Source: Minisyncoccota bacterium
GTDB lineage: Bacteria > Patescibacteriota > Microgenomatia > UBA1400 > PJMF01
Assembly: GCA_003173865.1 (NCBI GenBank)
Contig: PJMF01000010.1
Span: forward strand, 19,088-83,087
Length of the DNA stretch: 64,000 nucleotides
Direction: 5' to 3'
The translations under genes and the position numbers were made by a program. The notes beneath the pieces are model-generated. The model worked only from the letters and a program-made list of their open reading frames with translations. It had not been told where the DNA came from and ran no database searches. Of the stretch, positions 1 to 9,265 are shown in pieces (the stretch's first letter is position 1; the number at the start of each line of letters is the position of its first letter).

Positions 1-463
1 CTCCTGCACGTAAAACGTTGTGTGCGCGTCGCACATCTTCGCTTTGTCTGATCATGTATTGATCTTCATCTAAAGGAAAATTAAAAACCTGATGTTGTGA
101 AGCGCGAAAAACGTGAGTATTCTCCCGAATGCAGCCAAGCGCCGAAAGCACTTCTTGAACTTGATGTTGCACTGCGGCACTGACATCATTTACTTGATTA
201 ATCCTGGTTTCAGCAAGATGAGCTTGCGTGTGCAAATCGGCAACAAGAACATGAATACTCGCATGAGGCAAATGGTGTTGGATTTCTCTTGCCAAACATA
301 ACATTGGGAGCGCATTAATACCCAAACCATGAGTTAACTCACCTTTAAATAATAGACCGATACCCATGAAAATGTTTTGATGCGTTTCGGTCTCTCGTTG
401 TGATGGTTCAACGGCAACCACCACTTCTCTCATGCGTTGTTGAATTTGTTCTACCATTTGCAT
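1..463 (-). CDS. Partial class I aminoacyl-tRNA synthetase, TrpRS-like N-terminus (3' end lies beyond window start)
   Basis: Frame not in ORF track. ATG at 463 with RBS GGGGGAG at 470-476. Translation MQMVEQ...IFMGIGLLFKGELTHGLG...IHVLVADLHTQ resembles the TrpRS N-terminal region (IFSGIQPSG..TLGNY ... IVDQHAIT). Lies directly downstream of a T-box leader. Confidence 0.45.
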   Translation of the reverse strand, partial: MQMVEQIQQRMREVVVAVEPSQRETETHQNIFMGIGLLFKGELTHGLGINALPMLCLAREIQHHLPHASIHVLVADLHTQAHLAETRINQVNDVSAAVQHQVQEVLSALGCIRENTHVFRASQHQVFNFPLDEDQYMIRQSEDVRRAHNVLRAG

Positions 464-480
464 ACGCTCCCCCTTTTTTA

Positions 481-846
481 AATAAATAAAACGCCCATGT
501 ATCCACATCCGTAAAAGATGCAAATACACGGGCGTATAGGGAACGCGGTACCACCGTGCTTTCATAGTTTTGGTTTAAGTACAAAAAATCCCGCCACTGC
601 GGGACTCGAAACAAACCAAGACTATGCTTGTTGTTCGAGCACTCTGTTTCTGTCGTGACATGCTCTAGCGCTATAATGGGCGCTCCCATTCCGTGCTACT
701 ATCTTGAAGTTCAAGAATTGGTTTGGACTGCTCGGGAAGGTATTTCAGTTTTCTCAAGCTTGTTCAGCTTTCACCACCCGCTGAATCTCTCGTTACCACT
801 TGAGGACTTACTTGGTCTTCCGTCACTGCTTTATATATTTACTTGT
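481..846 (-). promoter_or_regulatory. T-box riboswitch leader with promoter and intrinsic terminator upstream of the aaRS gene
   Basis: Minus-strand -35 TTGACT (880-875) and -10 TAAAAT (858-853). AG-bulge-like GAGAGA and a distal-loop GGUGGUGAAA hairpin. T-box motif ACGGUGGUACCGCG at 557-544 (12/13 to consensus GGGUGGNACCGCG). Terminator ACGCCCGUGUAU...AUACAUGGGCGU plus U-run at 535-481. Confidence 0.6.
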
Positions 847-912
847 TGAATTATTTTACTATGTAAGTAGGGTTAGTCAATCTTTTTTTACGTTTTAGGT
901 AAAGCGAAGAGA

Positions 913-1170
913 TTAATCTTCTGGCATCGCCGCAAAATCACTTTGCATTTTCTGATACCATTCCATACCACCTGCAGGATTTTTCCACCTTTCATCCATC
1001 ATTGCCAAAGCGGCCTTGTGAGATTCATCGCCATTGGCCACCATTTCTCTCAGATGCTTGTCACCAGCTTTAATAATTTCATCGGCGGTGTTTCCTTGCA
1101 TAGCCATATCGCACGGTCCACCCATTTGTTTACATGTCATCGTTTTCATAATTGTTACTCCTTCTCTCAA
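913..1170 (-). CDS. Small DUF1059-like protein
   Basis: ORF translation MKTMTCKQMGGPCDMAMQGNTADEII... resembles the DUF1059 family. Confidence 0.45.
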   Translation of the reverse strand: MREGVTIMKTMTCKQMGGPCDMAMQGNTADEIIKAGDKHLREMVANGDESHKAALAMMDERWKNPAGGMEWYQKMQSDFAAMPED

Positions 1171-1218
1171 ATTTTAACATTAATAAAGTAATTGTAGACT
1201 TTGTAGTTGATACTATAC

Positions 1219-1800
1219 TTAAATTTCCTTTTCTATCTTCTCAATAGTTTCCTCCAAAATTAAATCTCTGAAAATGCGTAGTGTCCGAGAAAACTCAACT
1301 TTGTCGTACGCATAAGAATAGTTAAAGTCATACTCTTTTTCATCCCATGACCTAATATCTGCTTCATTATGTTGAATCAGCACTTCTAATTTATCTAATG
1401 CGACTGCAAACTTTGCTTCAGGCGTGACCCTTGCTTCGAACTCGTGCCACAGTTCTATGAACTCCTTCGCTGTGTATTCAGGCAGGTCTTTTGTTAGCTT
1501 TTTCAAAGCTGCAAACTCTTGTTCATGTTTATTCGCTGGTATATCTCCAAATGCCCAAGAGTCTCCAGCGTAAACTTCAGCAAGGTCATGAATCAGTATC
1601 ATTTTTAGTACTTTTTCGATATCCACTTTAAAATCTAACTCTTTGTAGATGACTAATCCCATCAACGCCATTCTCCACGTGTGCTCAGCAACACTTTCTT
1701 GCCTGCCATTAGACAACCAGCTGTGGCGAAGCAGTTTTTTCAAACCTTCAACTTCATGAAGAAAATCATGGATGTGTGCAAGCTGAGTGATGGAGTTCAT
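1219..1800 (-). CDS. HD-domain phosphohydrolase (YfbR-like)
   Basis: H..HD..D motifs: SVAEHTWRMALM ... LIHDLAEVYAGD. Confidence 0.7.
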   Translation of the reverse strand: MNSITQLAHIHDFLHEVEGLKKLLRHSWLSNGRQESVAEHTWRMALMGLVIYKELDFKVDIEKVLKMILIHDLAEVYAGDSWAFGDIPANKHEQEFAALKKLTKDLPEYTAKEFIELWHEFEARVTPEAKFAVALDKLEVLIQHNEADIRSWDEKEYDFNYSYAYDKVEFSRTLRIFRDLILEETIEKIEKEI

Positions 1801-1809
1801 TTTTAATAA

Positions 1810-2070
1810 TTAAATATTAACTTCTTGACCCGTCAAACCACCAATCAGCGGTCCATTAGGCTGATTTAAATCAATATCGAGAACTTTTGAGCTTTCTTGA
1901 TCACTTTCATAAACTACTAGGCTTATTATTCCAGTAGTAAGGCCTAATCTCTCACATAAAGCGAAAAAATTCTTTTTCAGTTCATCAAGATCCTGTCCCT
2001 TCACGTTGCAATCAATAAATTCCTGACCCGAACTTTCTATTTCAAAATAACCTGAAAATGACATATTCAT
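1810..2070 (-). CDS. Hypothetical protein
   Basis: ORF only. It directly follows the HD gene on the same strand. Confidence 0.3.
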   Translation of the reverse strand: MNMSFSGYFEIESSGQEFIDCNVKGQDLDELKKNFFALCERLGLTTGIISLVVYESDQESSKVLDIDLNQPNGPLIGGLTGQEVNI

Positions 2071-2120
2071 TTCCTTTCTGACTCTGAAAGCTTATCACAG
2101 AATATGAGATAATCACCAAC

Positions 2121-3167
2121 ATGAAAGCAAAATCATTCGCAGCCCCGTCTGCAACCCAACCACTTGAATACTATGAATTTAATCGCCGAGAACCTACTCC
2201 TACAGACGTAGAAATCGATGTTCATTTCTGTGGAGTATGTCATAGCGACATACATACTGCTCGTGGCGATTGGGGTGAAGTAGCATATCCCTGTGTTCCC
2301 GGTCACGAAATTGTCGGTATTGTCAGTCGAGTTGGTAAGGCAGTAACGCAGTTTAAACCTGGAGACTCCGTGGGTGTAGGGTGCATGGTCAATAGCTGTG
2401 GCAAGTGTGAAGCTTGTAAAAGAGGATTTGAAAATTCTTGTTTTCAGGAAATAACTTGGACGTATAGTTCCAAAGATCCAATCGATGGAACAGATACTAA
2501 AGGTGGATACTCAACTTTAATTGTGGTGCCACAACACTTTGTGCTTCAACTCCCTAAATCACTTGACATGCCCCACGCTGCACCTTTGCTTTGTGCAGGC
2601 ATTACTACATACTCGCCATTAAACCACTGGAAAGTTGGTCCTGGCATGAAAGTAGGAGTGATAGGGCTTGGCGGATTGGGACACATGGGTGTTAAGTATG
2701 CTAAAGCGATGGGCGCTAAAGTTTGGGTCATTACTTCTTCACCTGAAAAAGTTGTAGCTGCCAAGTCATATCATGTGGACGGTGTAGTAGTATCAAGTGT
2801 AAAAGAAGAAATGGAAGCCGCATCACATACATTCGATTTTTTACTTGATACAATTCCTAAAGCACATGACCTTTCCCCCTACCTAAAGCTTCTTAACATT
2901 CATGGTACGCTTTGCTTAGTCGGACCCATCGAACCAATGCCCGGATTTCACTCTAGTGCAGTGATTAATGGTCAAAAATCAATTGCTGGATCAGGAATCG
3001 GTGGTATTAAAGAAACTCAAGAAATGCTTCAATACAGCAGTGAGAAAAACCTTCTTCCTGAAATTGAAATCATTACTATGGATGAGATTAATAAAGCCTG
3101 GGAATCAATGACACATAAGCAAATGTCTAAACGGTATGTGATAGATATAAAGAAGTCATTTCAGTAA
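2121..3167 (+). CDS. Zn-dependent NADP alcohol dehydrogenase (cinnamyl-ADH/YahK-like)
   Basis: GVCHSD and GHEIVG zinc-ligand motifs, Cys cluster CGKCEACK, Rossmann motif GLGGLGH. Confidence 0.85.
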   Translation: MKAKSFAAPSATQPLEYYEFNRREPTPTDVEIDVHFCGVCHSDIHTARGDWGEVAYPCVPGHEIVGIVSRVGKAVTQFKPGDSVGVGCMVNSCGKCEACKRGFENSCFQEITWTYSSKDPIDGTDTKGGYSTLIVVPQHFVLQLPKSLDMPHAAPLLCAGITTYSPLNHWKVGPGMKVGVIGLGGLGHMGVKYAKAMGAKVWVITSSPEKVVAAKSYHVDGVVVSSVKEEMEAASHTFDFLLDTIPKAHDLSPYLKLLNIHGTLCLVGPIEPMPGFHSSAVINGQKSIAGSGIGGIKETQEMLQYSSEKNLLPEIEIITMDEINKAWESMTHKQMSKRYVIDIKKSFQ

Positions 3168-3175
3168 AGACTACT

Positions 3176-3547
3176 ATGAACACCAATCCTGTAAATTGGT
3201 TTGAACTTCCAGCTCTAGACTTAGTGCGTGCAAAGAAGTTTTATGAGGAAGTATTTGGTTTTGAGATGGAACCTGAAACAAATGCAGGTTATGAAATGCT
3301 CTCATTTCCGATGCAAAGAGGCGGTGTCGGAGCCACTGGTGGTTTAATGAAAGGGTTCGGGTACAAACCAAGTCTTGAGGGAACAACCGTTTATTTAGAC
3401 ACAGATAATATTGACGAAATTGAACGAAAAATCCTCTTAGCTGGTGGAAAAATACACGTCCCTAAAAAAAGTATCGGAAAATACGGCTATATATCCATTT
3501 TTGAAGACAGTGAAGGTAATCGCGTCGGACTATTTCAGAGAAAATAG
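3176..3547 (+). CDS. VOC/glyoxalase family protein
   Basis: WFELPALDLVRAKKFYEEVFGF is a typical VOC N-terminus. Confidence 0.6.
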   Translation: MNTNPVNWFELPALDLVRAKKFYEEVFGFEMEPETNAGYEMLSFPMQRGGVGATGGLMKGFGYKPSLEGTTVYLDTDNIDEIERKILLAGGKIHVPKKSIGKYGYISIFEDSEGNRVGLFQRK

Positions 3548-3616
3548 GATTATACATGAACTCATGTATATCACAATCGCGCCACTTTCGCGCCATAATT
3601 AAGTTCGCGGCACCTC

Positions 3617-3751
3617 TCAAAAGTTTGCTTGAGCCGTGACACCTCCACTACCATTACCATGAGATCCTTTCCTCTTTCCAAGCAAAACAGTGTCATGACG
3701 AATAACAATTACACCAACACCTACTTTTGGTCTTATGCGATTGACTTTCAT
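3617..3751 (-). pseudogene. Truncated NUDIX hydrolase remnant (44 codons)
   Basis: Minus-strand ATG at 3751. MKVNRIRPKVGVGVIVIRHDTVLLGKRKGSHGNGSGG then a stop. This matches a MutT/NUDIX N-terminus, but the Nudix box is missing. Confidence 0.4.
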
Positions 3752-3855
3752 TTTTTTTCGCTATTTTACCAGGCCATTCGGGAACTCAACCTGATCTTCA
3801 TACACTGACATCCATTTGTTTTGATATTTTGCAGTGTGTGATAATTGTTTGATGC

Positions 3856-4386
3856 TCATTGCTTTATCCAGTATCGATTTTTAAGCGCGCCATTTGGAAT
3901 TTGATATGTATCCTCTAACACCCCGCCATTTTTTTGAATAACTTTACTTGAACTAACATTGTCAACATCACATGTAACTAAAACATCTTTAATCCCTAGT
4001 TCGTGCGCCTTTTGAATTCCAAGCCGAAGTGCAAGTGTCCCGTATCCCTTATTCCGCTGCGTCGGCCGAATGTAGTAACCAATGTGGCCACCTTCATTTT
4101 TTAGCGACTCATTTAATTGATGACGAATATCCACTTGACCCAAAAACATATCACCATCAACGAGCCAGTACACTGTATGGGCAACATAGCCTACCGGTAA
4201 GTCAATCCCAAACGATTCATTACGAATACGAGTAATATAACTCTCAAAATCCTTATTTACATCTTCAGCTTTGAACCGAGAGTCAGGCTGATATTCCTCT
4301 AAAGCCTCAAGATAACTTTTTTTGTATTTCGTATCTGGAAGAACAAGTTCTGGCATAGATTTCGCTACGGTTTCACAATATGCCAC
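3856..4386 (-). CDS. GNAT N-acetyltransferase
   Basis: Acetyl-CoA binding region RNKGYGTLALRLGIQKAHELGI. Confidence 0.7.
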   Translation of the reverse strand: MAYCETVAKSMPELVLPDTKYKKSYLEALEEYQPDSRFKAEDVNKDFESYITRIRNESFGIDLPVGYVAHTVYWLVDGDMFLGQVDIRHQLNESLKNEGGHIGYYIRPTQRNKGYGTLALRLGIQKAHELGIKDVLVTCDVDNVSSSKVIQKNGGVLEDTYQIPNGALKNRYWIKQ

Positions 4387-4820
4387 GTACCATCTACACC
4401 GTCACCTTGCATATCACCCACTTTTTGATCCTTCGCGTAGTAGTAGAGGGGCATGTTTTTCCAGAGAAATTGCTTCGATCCATCTGCTCTCGTCATCACC
4501 GTGATGTTTGGCGGAAAAATCGATTGGGCGGTCGCGCCTGAAGTATAAAATGGCCAAAGCCTTGCACATGCAGCAGTACAGTTGCTTACTCCAGGTGTAT
4601 CTTTATCAAATGTATATAATGTCATTCCTTGAAAATCTGTCAGATAACTGCCTTTCGCGGTATCTGTCTTCGTGAGATAAATATTATCGGATGGTGCAGT
4701 AACTGCTTGTTGAGAAGCAGTCTGCATATTTTGCTGCGAAGCTAAACTGTCACTGGGTGCACTTTTTGCACAACCTGCCAAGAGAAATATTGAAAGAGTA
4801 AGTAGGAAAGTTTTTTTCAT
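4365..4820 (-). CDS. Lipoprotein, COG4315-like secreted repeat protein
   Basis: Signal peptide with lipobox LLAGC. Repeated Y..FDKD / LW motifs. Confidence 0.5.
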   Translation of the reverse strand: MKKTFLLTLSIFLLAGCAKSAPSDSLASQQNMQTASQQAVTAPSDNIYLTKTDTAKGSYLTDFQGMTLYTFDKDTPGVSNCTAACARLWPFYTSGATAQSIFPPNITVMTRADGSKQFLWKNMPLYYYAKDQKVGDMQGDGVDGTWHIVKP

Positions 4821-4876
4821 AAAAAACGAAGCATAAATCTTACAAAATTAATTGCCAAAAGCGAAAAGCTCTTGTT

Positions 4877-5452
4877 TTACATTCTCAGTTTTTCATCCGT
4901 CAGAAAGCAGTGATCTTCTTGAACAATCTGTTTCATTTGATCTGAAGAAATTCCGGCATCTCGAAAATCTCGTAACTCATATCCTCCTGAGCCAAGTTGA
5001 TACACCCAAGCACTAAATATTTTGTCTGGCTTGTTTATAAATATCAAAGAAATTTCTTTACCGCCACCAAGAGCCTGATTATTCACCGAATAAACCATAA
5101 ATTTACTTGAATAATATGTCTTGTCAAAATTTGCCAAGCCGTCTTTAAACTCCTTCGGATTGAGTCCCTTTACGACAAAATCTCCCACTCCTTCATGAGA
5201 CCCGTGAAGATAATTATCTAATGCAATGCGGACGTGCTGAATAGAAGGATCGCTGTAGGCATCGTACAGTTTTGATAAATCGTCTTGTGAAATTCCCGCT
5301 TCTTTTAAAGAACAATCACCGACCTTAACGTTAGGCGTCTCTACCGGGAATTTTTTTGTAAAAAAGAATTTGCTCGCAAGCAAAATAGTTCCTATTAGAA
5401 TTAATAAAACCACAACTAATAGACTGATCTTCCTTTTTTCCTGCTTTTTCAT
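4877..5452 (-). CDS. Membrane-anchored hypothetical protein
   Basis: N-terminal basic segment followed by a TM helix; no recognisable domain. Confidence 0.4.
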   Translation of the reverse strand: MKKQEKRKISLLVVVLLILIGTILLASKFFFTKKFPVETPNVKVGDCSLKEAGISQDDLSKLYDAYSDPSIQHVRIALDNYLHGSHEGVGDFVVKGLNPKEFKDGLANFDKTYYSSKFMVYSVNNQALGGGKEISLIFINKPDKIFSAWVYQLGSGGYELRDFRDAGISSDQMKQIVQEDHCFLTDEKLRM

Positions 5453-5505
5453 TCTTAAATTATATCAGGCTCCGTGTAAACGTAGGCAATTTCAGAAAAG
5501 TTCGT

Positions 5506-6447
5506 TTATTTAAAAATTTTTACTAAGTCAATTACCCAATCCTCATCCCCATCATATACCCCATCTAGGTATGATTCTCTTCCAACGTCTTTGTAGCCAA
5601 GTTTTTCGTATAAAGACTTTGCGCGAGGGTTTAGAGTTGGGTTAACTGCAACACTAATTTTTTCATATCCTTTTTCTTTAGCAATTTGTTCACACTTTTG
5701 AATAAGTTGTTTACCTAAACCTTGGCTTCTTTTATTCTCTACAATATAAAGATCTTGCATGTTAGGATAACCGGGTTCTGTTTCATTTCCTTTAAGTCGA
5801 AGAAGAACTTGACCTACAATCTCATTTTTGTTTTCAATCACTAAGAAAATAGCATCTTCTGTTTTCACCTTTTCAAGAGCTGTTTGAGCAGCAACTTGAT
5901 AATTTCTTCTGTGCTCTTCATCTTTAGGACGCTTCAATCTTGAAAGCTGAGGAGTATCTTCAGATCTTGCTGAACGAATGATTATTTCTAACTTCATCTT
6001 AAAAATTAAATAATTATCTTTATCTCTTCCATCTTCAATAAAACCTACCGAAGATAAAGCCTTTTGACTAATGAGGTTAGATTCTTCCACTCCAGCAAAT
6101 AACTCCACTACACCCAGTTCATATGCTTTATCAATTAAGGTTCGAAGTAGTTCTTTACTTAAACCCTTTCCTCTGTGCACGGGATCAATGTAAAATGAGA
6201 ATGAAGCAGTTTCATTTTTATATGTTTCTAAATCTACAAATCCAATCGGTTTTGCGTCTTTATAGACAATCCATTTAAACCGCGGAGTAGTATTCGGTCG
6301 ATTAAACCAACTATCGAAATCCATGTAAAAACCAAGTTCTTTCTGGCCTGCACTATCGCCAGTAAACCACTGTGTGATAAGTGATTGATCGGTAGAAGAG
6401 ATTGGTTTAAAAGTCATTTTTTTAATTAAGTTGATTTCATTAACCAA
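5506..6447 (-). CDS. Tandem-GNAT acetyltransferase
   Basis: Two GNAT cores: HRGKGLSKELLRTLIDKAYELG and RSQGLGKQLIQKCEQIAKEKG. Confidence 0.7.
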   Translation of the reverse strand: MVNEINLIKKMTFKPISSTDQSLITQWFTGDSAGQKELGFYMDFDSWFNRPNTTPRFKWIVYKDAKPIGFVDLETYKNETASFSFYIDPVHRGKGLSKELLRTLIDKAYELGVVELFAGVEESNLISQKALSSVGFIEDGRDKDNYLIFKMKLEIIIRSARSEDTPQLSRLKRPKDEEHRRNYQVAAQTALEKVKTEDAIFLVIENKNEIVGQVLLRLKGNETEPGYPNMQDLYIVENKRSQGLGKQLIQKCEQIAKEKGYEKISVAVNPTLNPRAKSLYEKLGYKDVGRESYLDGVYDGDEDWVIDLVKIFK

Positions 6448-7307
6448 TTCACCATTATCTCCGACAACTCTTTCTGCTGTTTGCTAAAAAAGTGGTCTGC
6501 TTCAGGAATTAAGTGATACTCAAACTCTGGCTTGAGTTTTCTAAGTAGATTGACCACTCCTGGGACATCTCCATAACAGTACTGATCCTTTTCTCCGTAA
6601 ACTACGAGTGTTGGTTTATTTACTGAAGTAAAGTAGCGAAAAAGTTTTTGACTAGATAATTTAATGCTCTGTATTGTCTCTAAAAAAGGAAAAACATTGT
6701 AATCGCCGTCTGGATTGGCAATATCATAAAAGCTGCCATAAGAAAAAATCTCGTTTGGCAGAAGCTCACAAATAATATTGTCCGATTTCCCTTGTGCAAT
6801 TTTCTCTTTTGCTTCTTGAAGAAGTCGTTCAAATTTTTCTTTTCCAAATGCTGTGTAATAAATTCCAACATCATCACCACCAGCAAGCAAAATATATTTG
6901 GCGACTTTATTTTGAGGTTTGTAATGGTGATACACACAAATCTTATTCGCGCCTGTTGACTCACCAACTAAATAAAATTCTGTATATCCTTTCTCTTCAA
7001 GAAAATGAACTGCTCCATCGATATCGTGAACGCAGTCTTTGATTTTTTCGTACGCCATACCAAAGCGTTTGGATGCAAGATTTTTAATGTAGTGAGCTCC
7101 TCTGTTGTTAAATAATAAATAAGAAATTCCTTTATCGTTTAAAGCATGAGCCTGCTCTTCCCGTATATCATCGCTATAGAACACTGAAGAACTCTCATTG
7201 CCGTGGAGATATATTGCTGCTTTTTGAGAGTTTTCTGACTCGTATAACATTCCTGGTAAAGTTAAACCATCGTCTGTTGTAATTTGTACTAATTTGGGAG
7301 CATTCAT
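6426..7307 (-). CDS. Alpha/beta hydrolase
   Basis: Nucleophile elbow GESTG (LVGESTGANK). C-terminal His in ADHFF. Confidence 0.65.
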   Translation of the reverse strand: MNAPKLVQITTDDGLTLPGMLYESENSQKAAIYLHGNESSSVFYSDDIREEQAHALNDKGISYLLFNNRGAHYIKNLASKRFGMAYEKIKDCVHDIDGAVHFLEEKGYTEFYLVGESTGANKICVYHHYKPQNKVAKYILLAGGDDVGIYYTAFGKEKFERLLQEAKEKIAQGKSDNIICELLPNEIFSYGSFYDIANPDGDYNVFPFLETIQSIKLSSQKLFRYFTSVNKPTLVVYGEKDQYCYGDVPGVVNLLRKLKPEFEYHLIPEADHFFSKQQKELSEIMVNWLMKST

Positions 7308-7831
7308 GAAACTTTTCTTGGATACTGCGGGGGTATTCCATTGGGAAAATCTTTGACAACGTATCTATCCCCCTCGGGATGTTCAGGTGAGTTATCAATT
7401 AAATGTTCATCAGGACAAGCAAAAGTAAAATCGAGGGGAGTGTCACCAGTATTTCTTAATGAATGTACCTGGCCTTCCTGGACGTTGATGAAGTCTGCAG
7501 TTTTTACCGTTTTTGGTTCCTCCCATATAACTTCTCCATCTACTAGTCTTCCCAAATTCATCTCGCCATTATTTCCTGAGAGAATATGATAAGGTTCTTC
7601 TCCAATTAAATGATAATGAGGATTCACAAAATTCGGAGTAGTGGGACTGCTTGTAAATACGCGTGCTGCATGAAAATGATATTTGAGCCCTTCGGCAGTT
7701 TCGACTTCTATATGAGGAAGATTCACAATCGCTATTCCGGCAACCGGATCGGCAGTATGTTTTTCGTCTAAAAGCGGCTCCACTTCTTCGTGAGTTATTT
7801 TCAGTAGTTGGTCGTTAACGTTTTGAGACAT
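7304..7831 (-). CDS. Cupin domain protein
   Basis: Cupin motif PHYHLIGEEPYHILSG. Confidence 0.5.
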   Translation of the reverse strand: MSQNVNDQLLKITHEEVEPLLDEKHTADPVAGIAIVNLPHIEVETAEGLKYHFHAARVFTSSPTTPNFVNPHYHLIGEEPYHILSGNNGEMNLGRLVDGEVIWEEPKTVKTADFINVQEGQVHSLRNTGDTPLDFTFACPDEHLIDNSPEHPEGDRYVVKDFPNGIPPQYPRKVS

Positions 7832-7864
7832 ATCTTGTTGTGAGTCTGCTAAAGGTTTAAGCGT

Positions 7865-8494
7865 CTACGATTTTTCTTCTACTAACTTCTTTACTTCCTC
7901 AGTGAGGATATTTTTGATTTCATCTTCCGTCATCTCTCCGTTTACCCATTCAATAGGAACCATTTCAATATCTTGAAAATAGACTAAAGGTTCAAGAATC
8001 CACTTTTGTGTTACTTTGTATCTTTGTATCGCCTCATCCATACCTTGTTTGAGCGTAACCGACTTATTTTTAAGACAGCACGCAATATCTACATAATCTC
8101 GCCACACATTTCTTTTACCCAGAACGAAAAGCTTGGTAGAAAAAATATCAGCAACGGAAGCAAGTCTCGCACCATCTAATACCACTGTCTCATGAAGCAG
8201 CGGTGCTTTATCTTGAAAAACGGTTACTTTGATTCCATCCATAAATGCAGTGTATTGAGTATCTGACTGCAATCTTTGTTGTAATTCTTTTGGTTCGAGT
8301 GCAGATAAAAACTTATCAATAAAAGGAGATGTCACATTCTTCGTTATAACCCAATCAAGATCATATGATTTACGGCCACCAATTTGTAACGCCAAAGCTG
8401 TTCCACCAACCAGTGTTAGGTCAGAAAATTGAGCTGCCTTTTTGAGAATTTGCAAATGGCTCTGCGTAATCGTTTCAAGATGCCATTGAGACAT
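7865..8494 (-). CDS. AbiEii/AbiGii-family nucleotidyltransferase (type IV TA toxin-like)
   Basis: N-terminal LVGGTALALQIGGRKSYDLDWV matches the AbiEii GGTAL...R.S.DLD signature. Confidence 0.6.
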   Translation of the reverse strand: MSQWHLETITQSHLQILKKAAQFSDLTLVGGTALALQIGGRKSYDLDWVITKNVTSPFIDKFLSALEPKELQQRLQSDTQYTAFMDGIKVTVFQDKAPLLHETVVLDGARLASVADIFSTKLFVLGKRNVWRDYVDIACCLKNKSVTLKQGMDEAIQRYKVTQKWILEPLVYFQDIEMVPIEWVNGEMTEDEIKNILTEEVKKLVEEKS

Positions 8495-8774
8495 ATTTTT
8501 CTCTTGCTAAGTTTTGCTGATTCATATTTAACAGAAAATTACTGACAAAAGAAAAAGAACGGTCAGTATATATTTTCTCTGGTGAATGAACAAAAATCTC
8601 TTTGAGAGTAGGAAGGGAATAGGTTTGCTTTAACCACACAAATGCATCCAAATCGCCGTAGTTTAAAAGTTGATGAATAATGTAGCGACGGTGTTTTTGA
8701 AGATCAAGCTTGGAAAAGTCTGCAGACCAAAGGTAAGTCTTAAATGAGGTGGGTAAAGAAGAATTATTTTCCAT
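8475..8774 (-). CDS. Small protein overlapping the AbiEii gene start, putative antitoxin partner
   Basis: Overlaps the downstream gene by 20 nt (translational coupling). No clear HTH seen. Confidence 0.35.
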   Translation of the reverse strand: MENNSSLPTSFKTYLWSADFSKLDLQKHRRYIIHQLLNYGDLDAFVWLKQTYSLPTLKEIFVHSPEKIYTDRSFSFVSNFLLNMNQQNLAREKYVSMAS

Positions 8775-8810
8775 TTTTCCTATTATAGCGTAAACTTATC
8801 CTTATTTCAC

Positions 8811-9209
8811 TTGAGAAAGGAGAGAGTTCATATGAATAAACCAATTATTGTATTAGACCGAGCAGTAACGCTAAGCGAGATGATTTATGGAGTAACTGAC
8901 AGGTTAAAAGACAAAGAACATTACGGAAAATCCGGTGCCGCTAGCAATCTTCGAAACTTGTCAAATAAACTCGTTCATAATATTAGAGAAGGATGGTACT
9001 TGAAACATGGATTAAAACAAGTAAATTACTTTCACAAGGCTGTAGGTAATGCGGAGGAAATTTCTAGATTTATTAATATCTCTATTCAACTGGATAATGC
9101 TCAAGAAATTTGGGAAGAGCCCAAAAATCTTTTGCTTAAAGATCTTTTACCTCTTTTAAAAAACTTGCTCCGTACTGCTCGCAATAACGTCGTAAGCAGA
9201 GTCGAATAA
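8811..9209 (+). CDS. Hypothetical protein
   Basis: ORF with RBS AAGGAGAG. It is the only plus-strand gene in this stretch. Confidence 0.3.
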   Translation: MRKERVHMNKPIIVLDRAVTLSEMIYGVTDRLKDKEHYGKSGAASNLRNLSNKLVHNIREGWYLKHGLKQVNYFHKAVGNAEEISRFINISIQLDNAQEIWEEPKNLLLKDLLPLLKNLLRTARNNVVSRVE

Positions 9210-9265
9210 GAGAACCTTTTCTAATAGTTCGATCAACATCGAAAAAAGCGTAGGTTTTCATTTTT

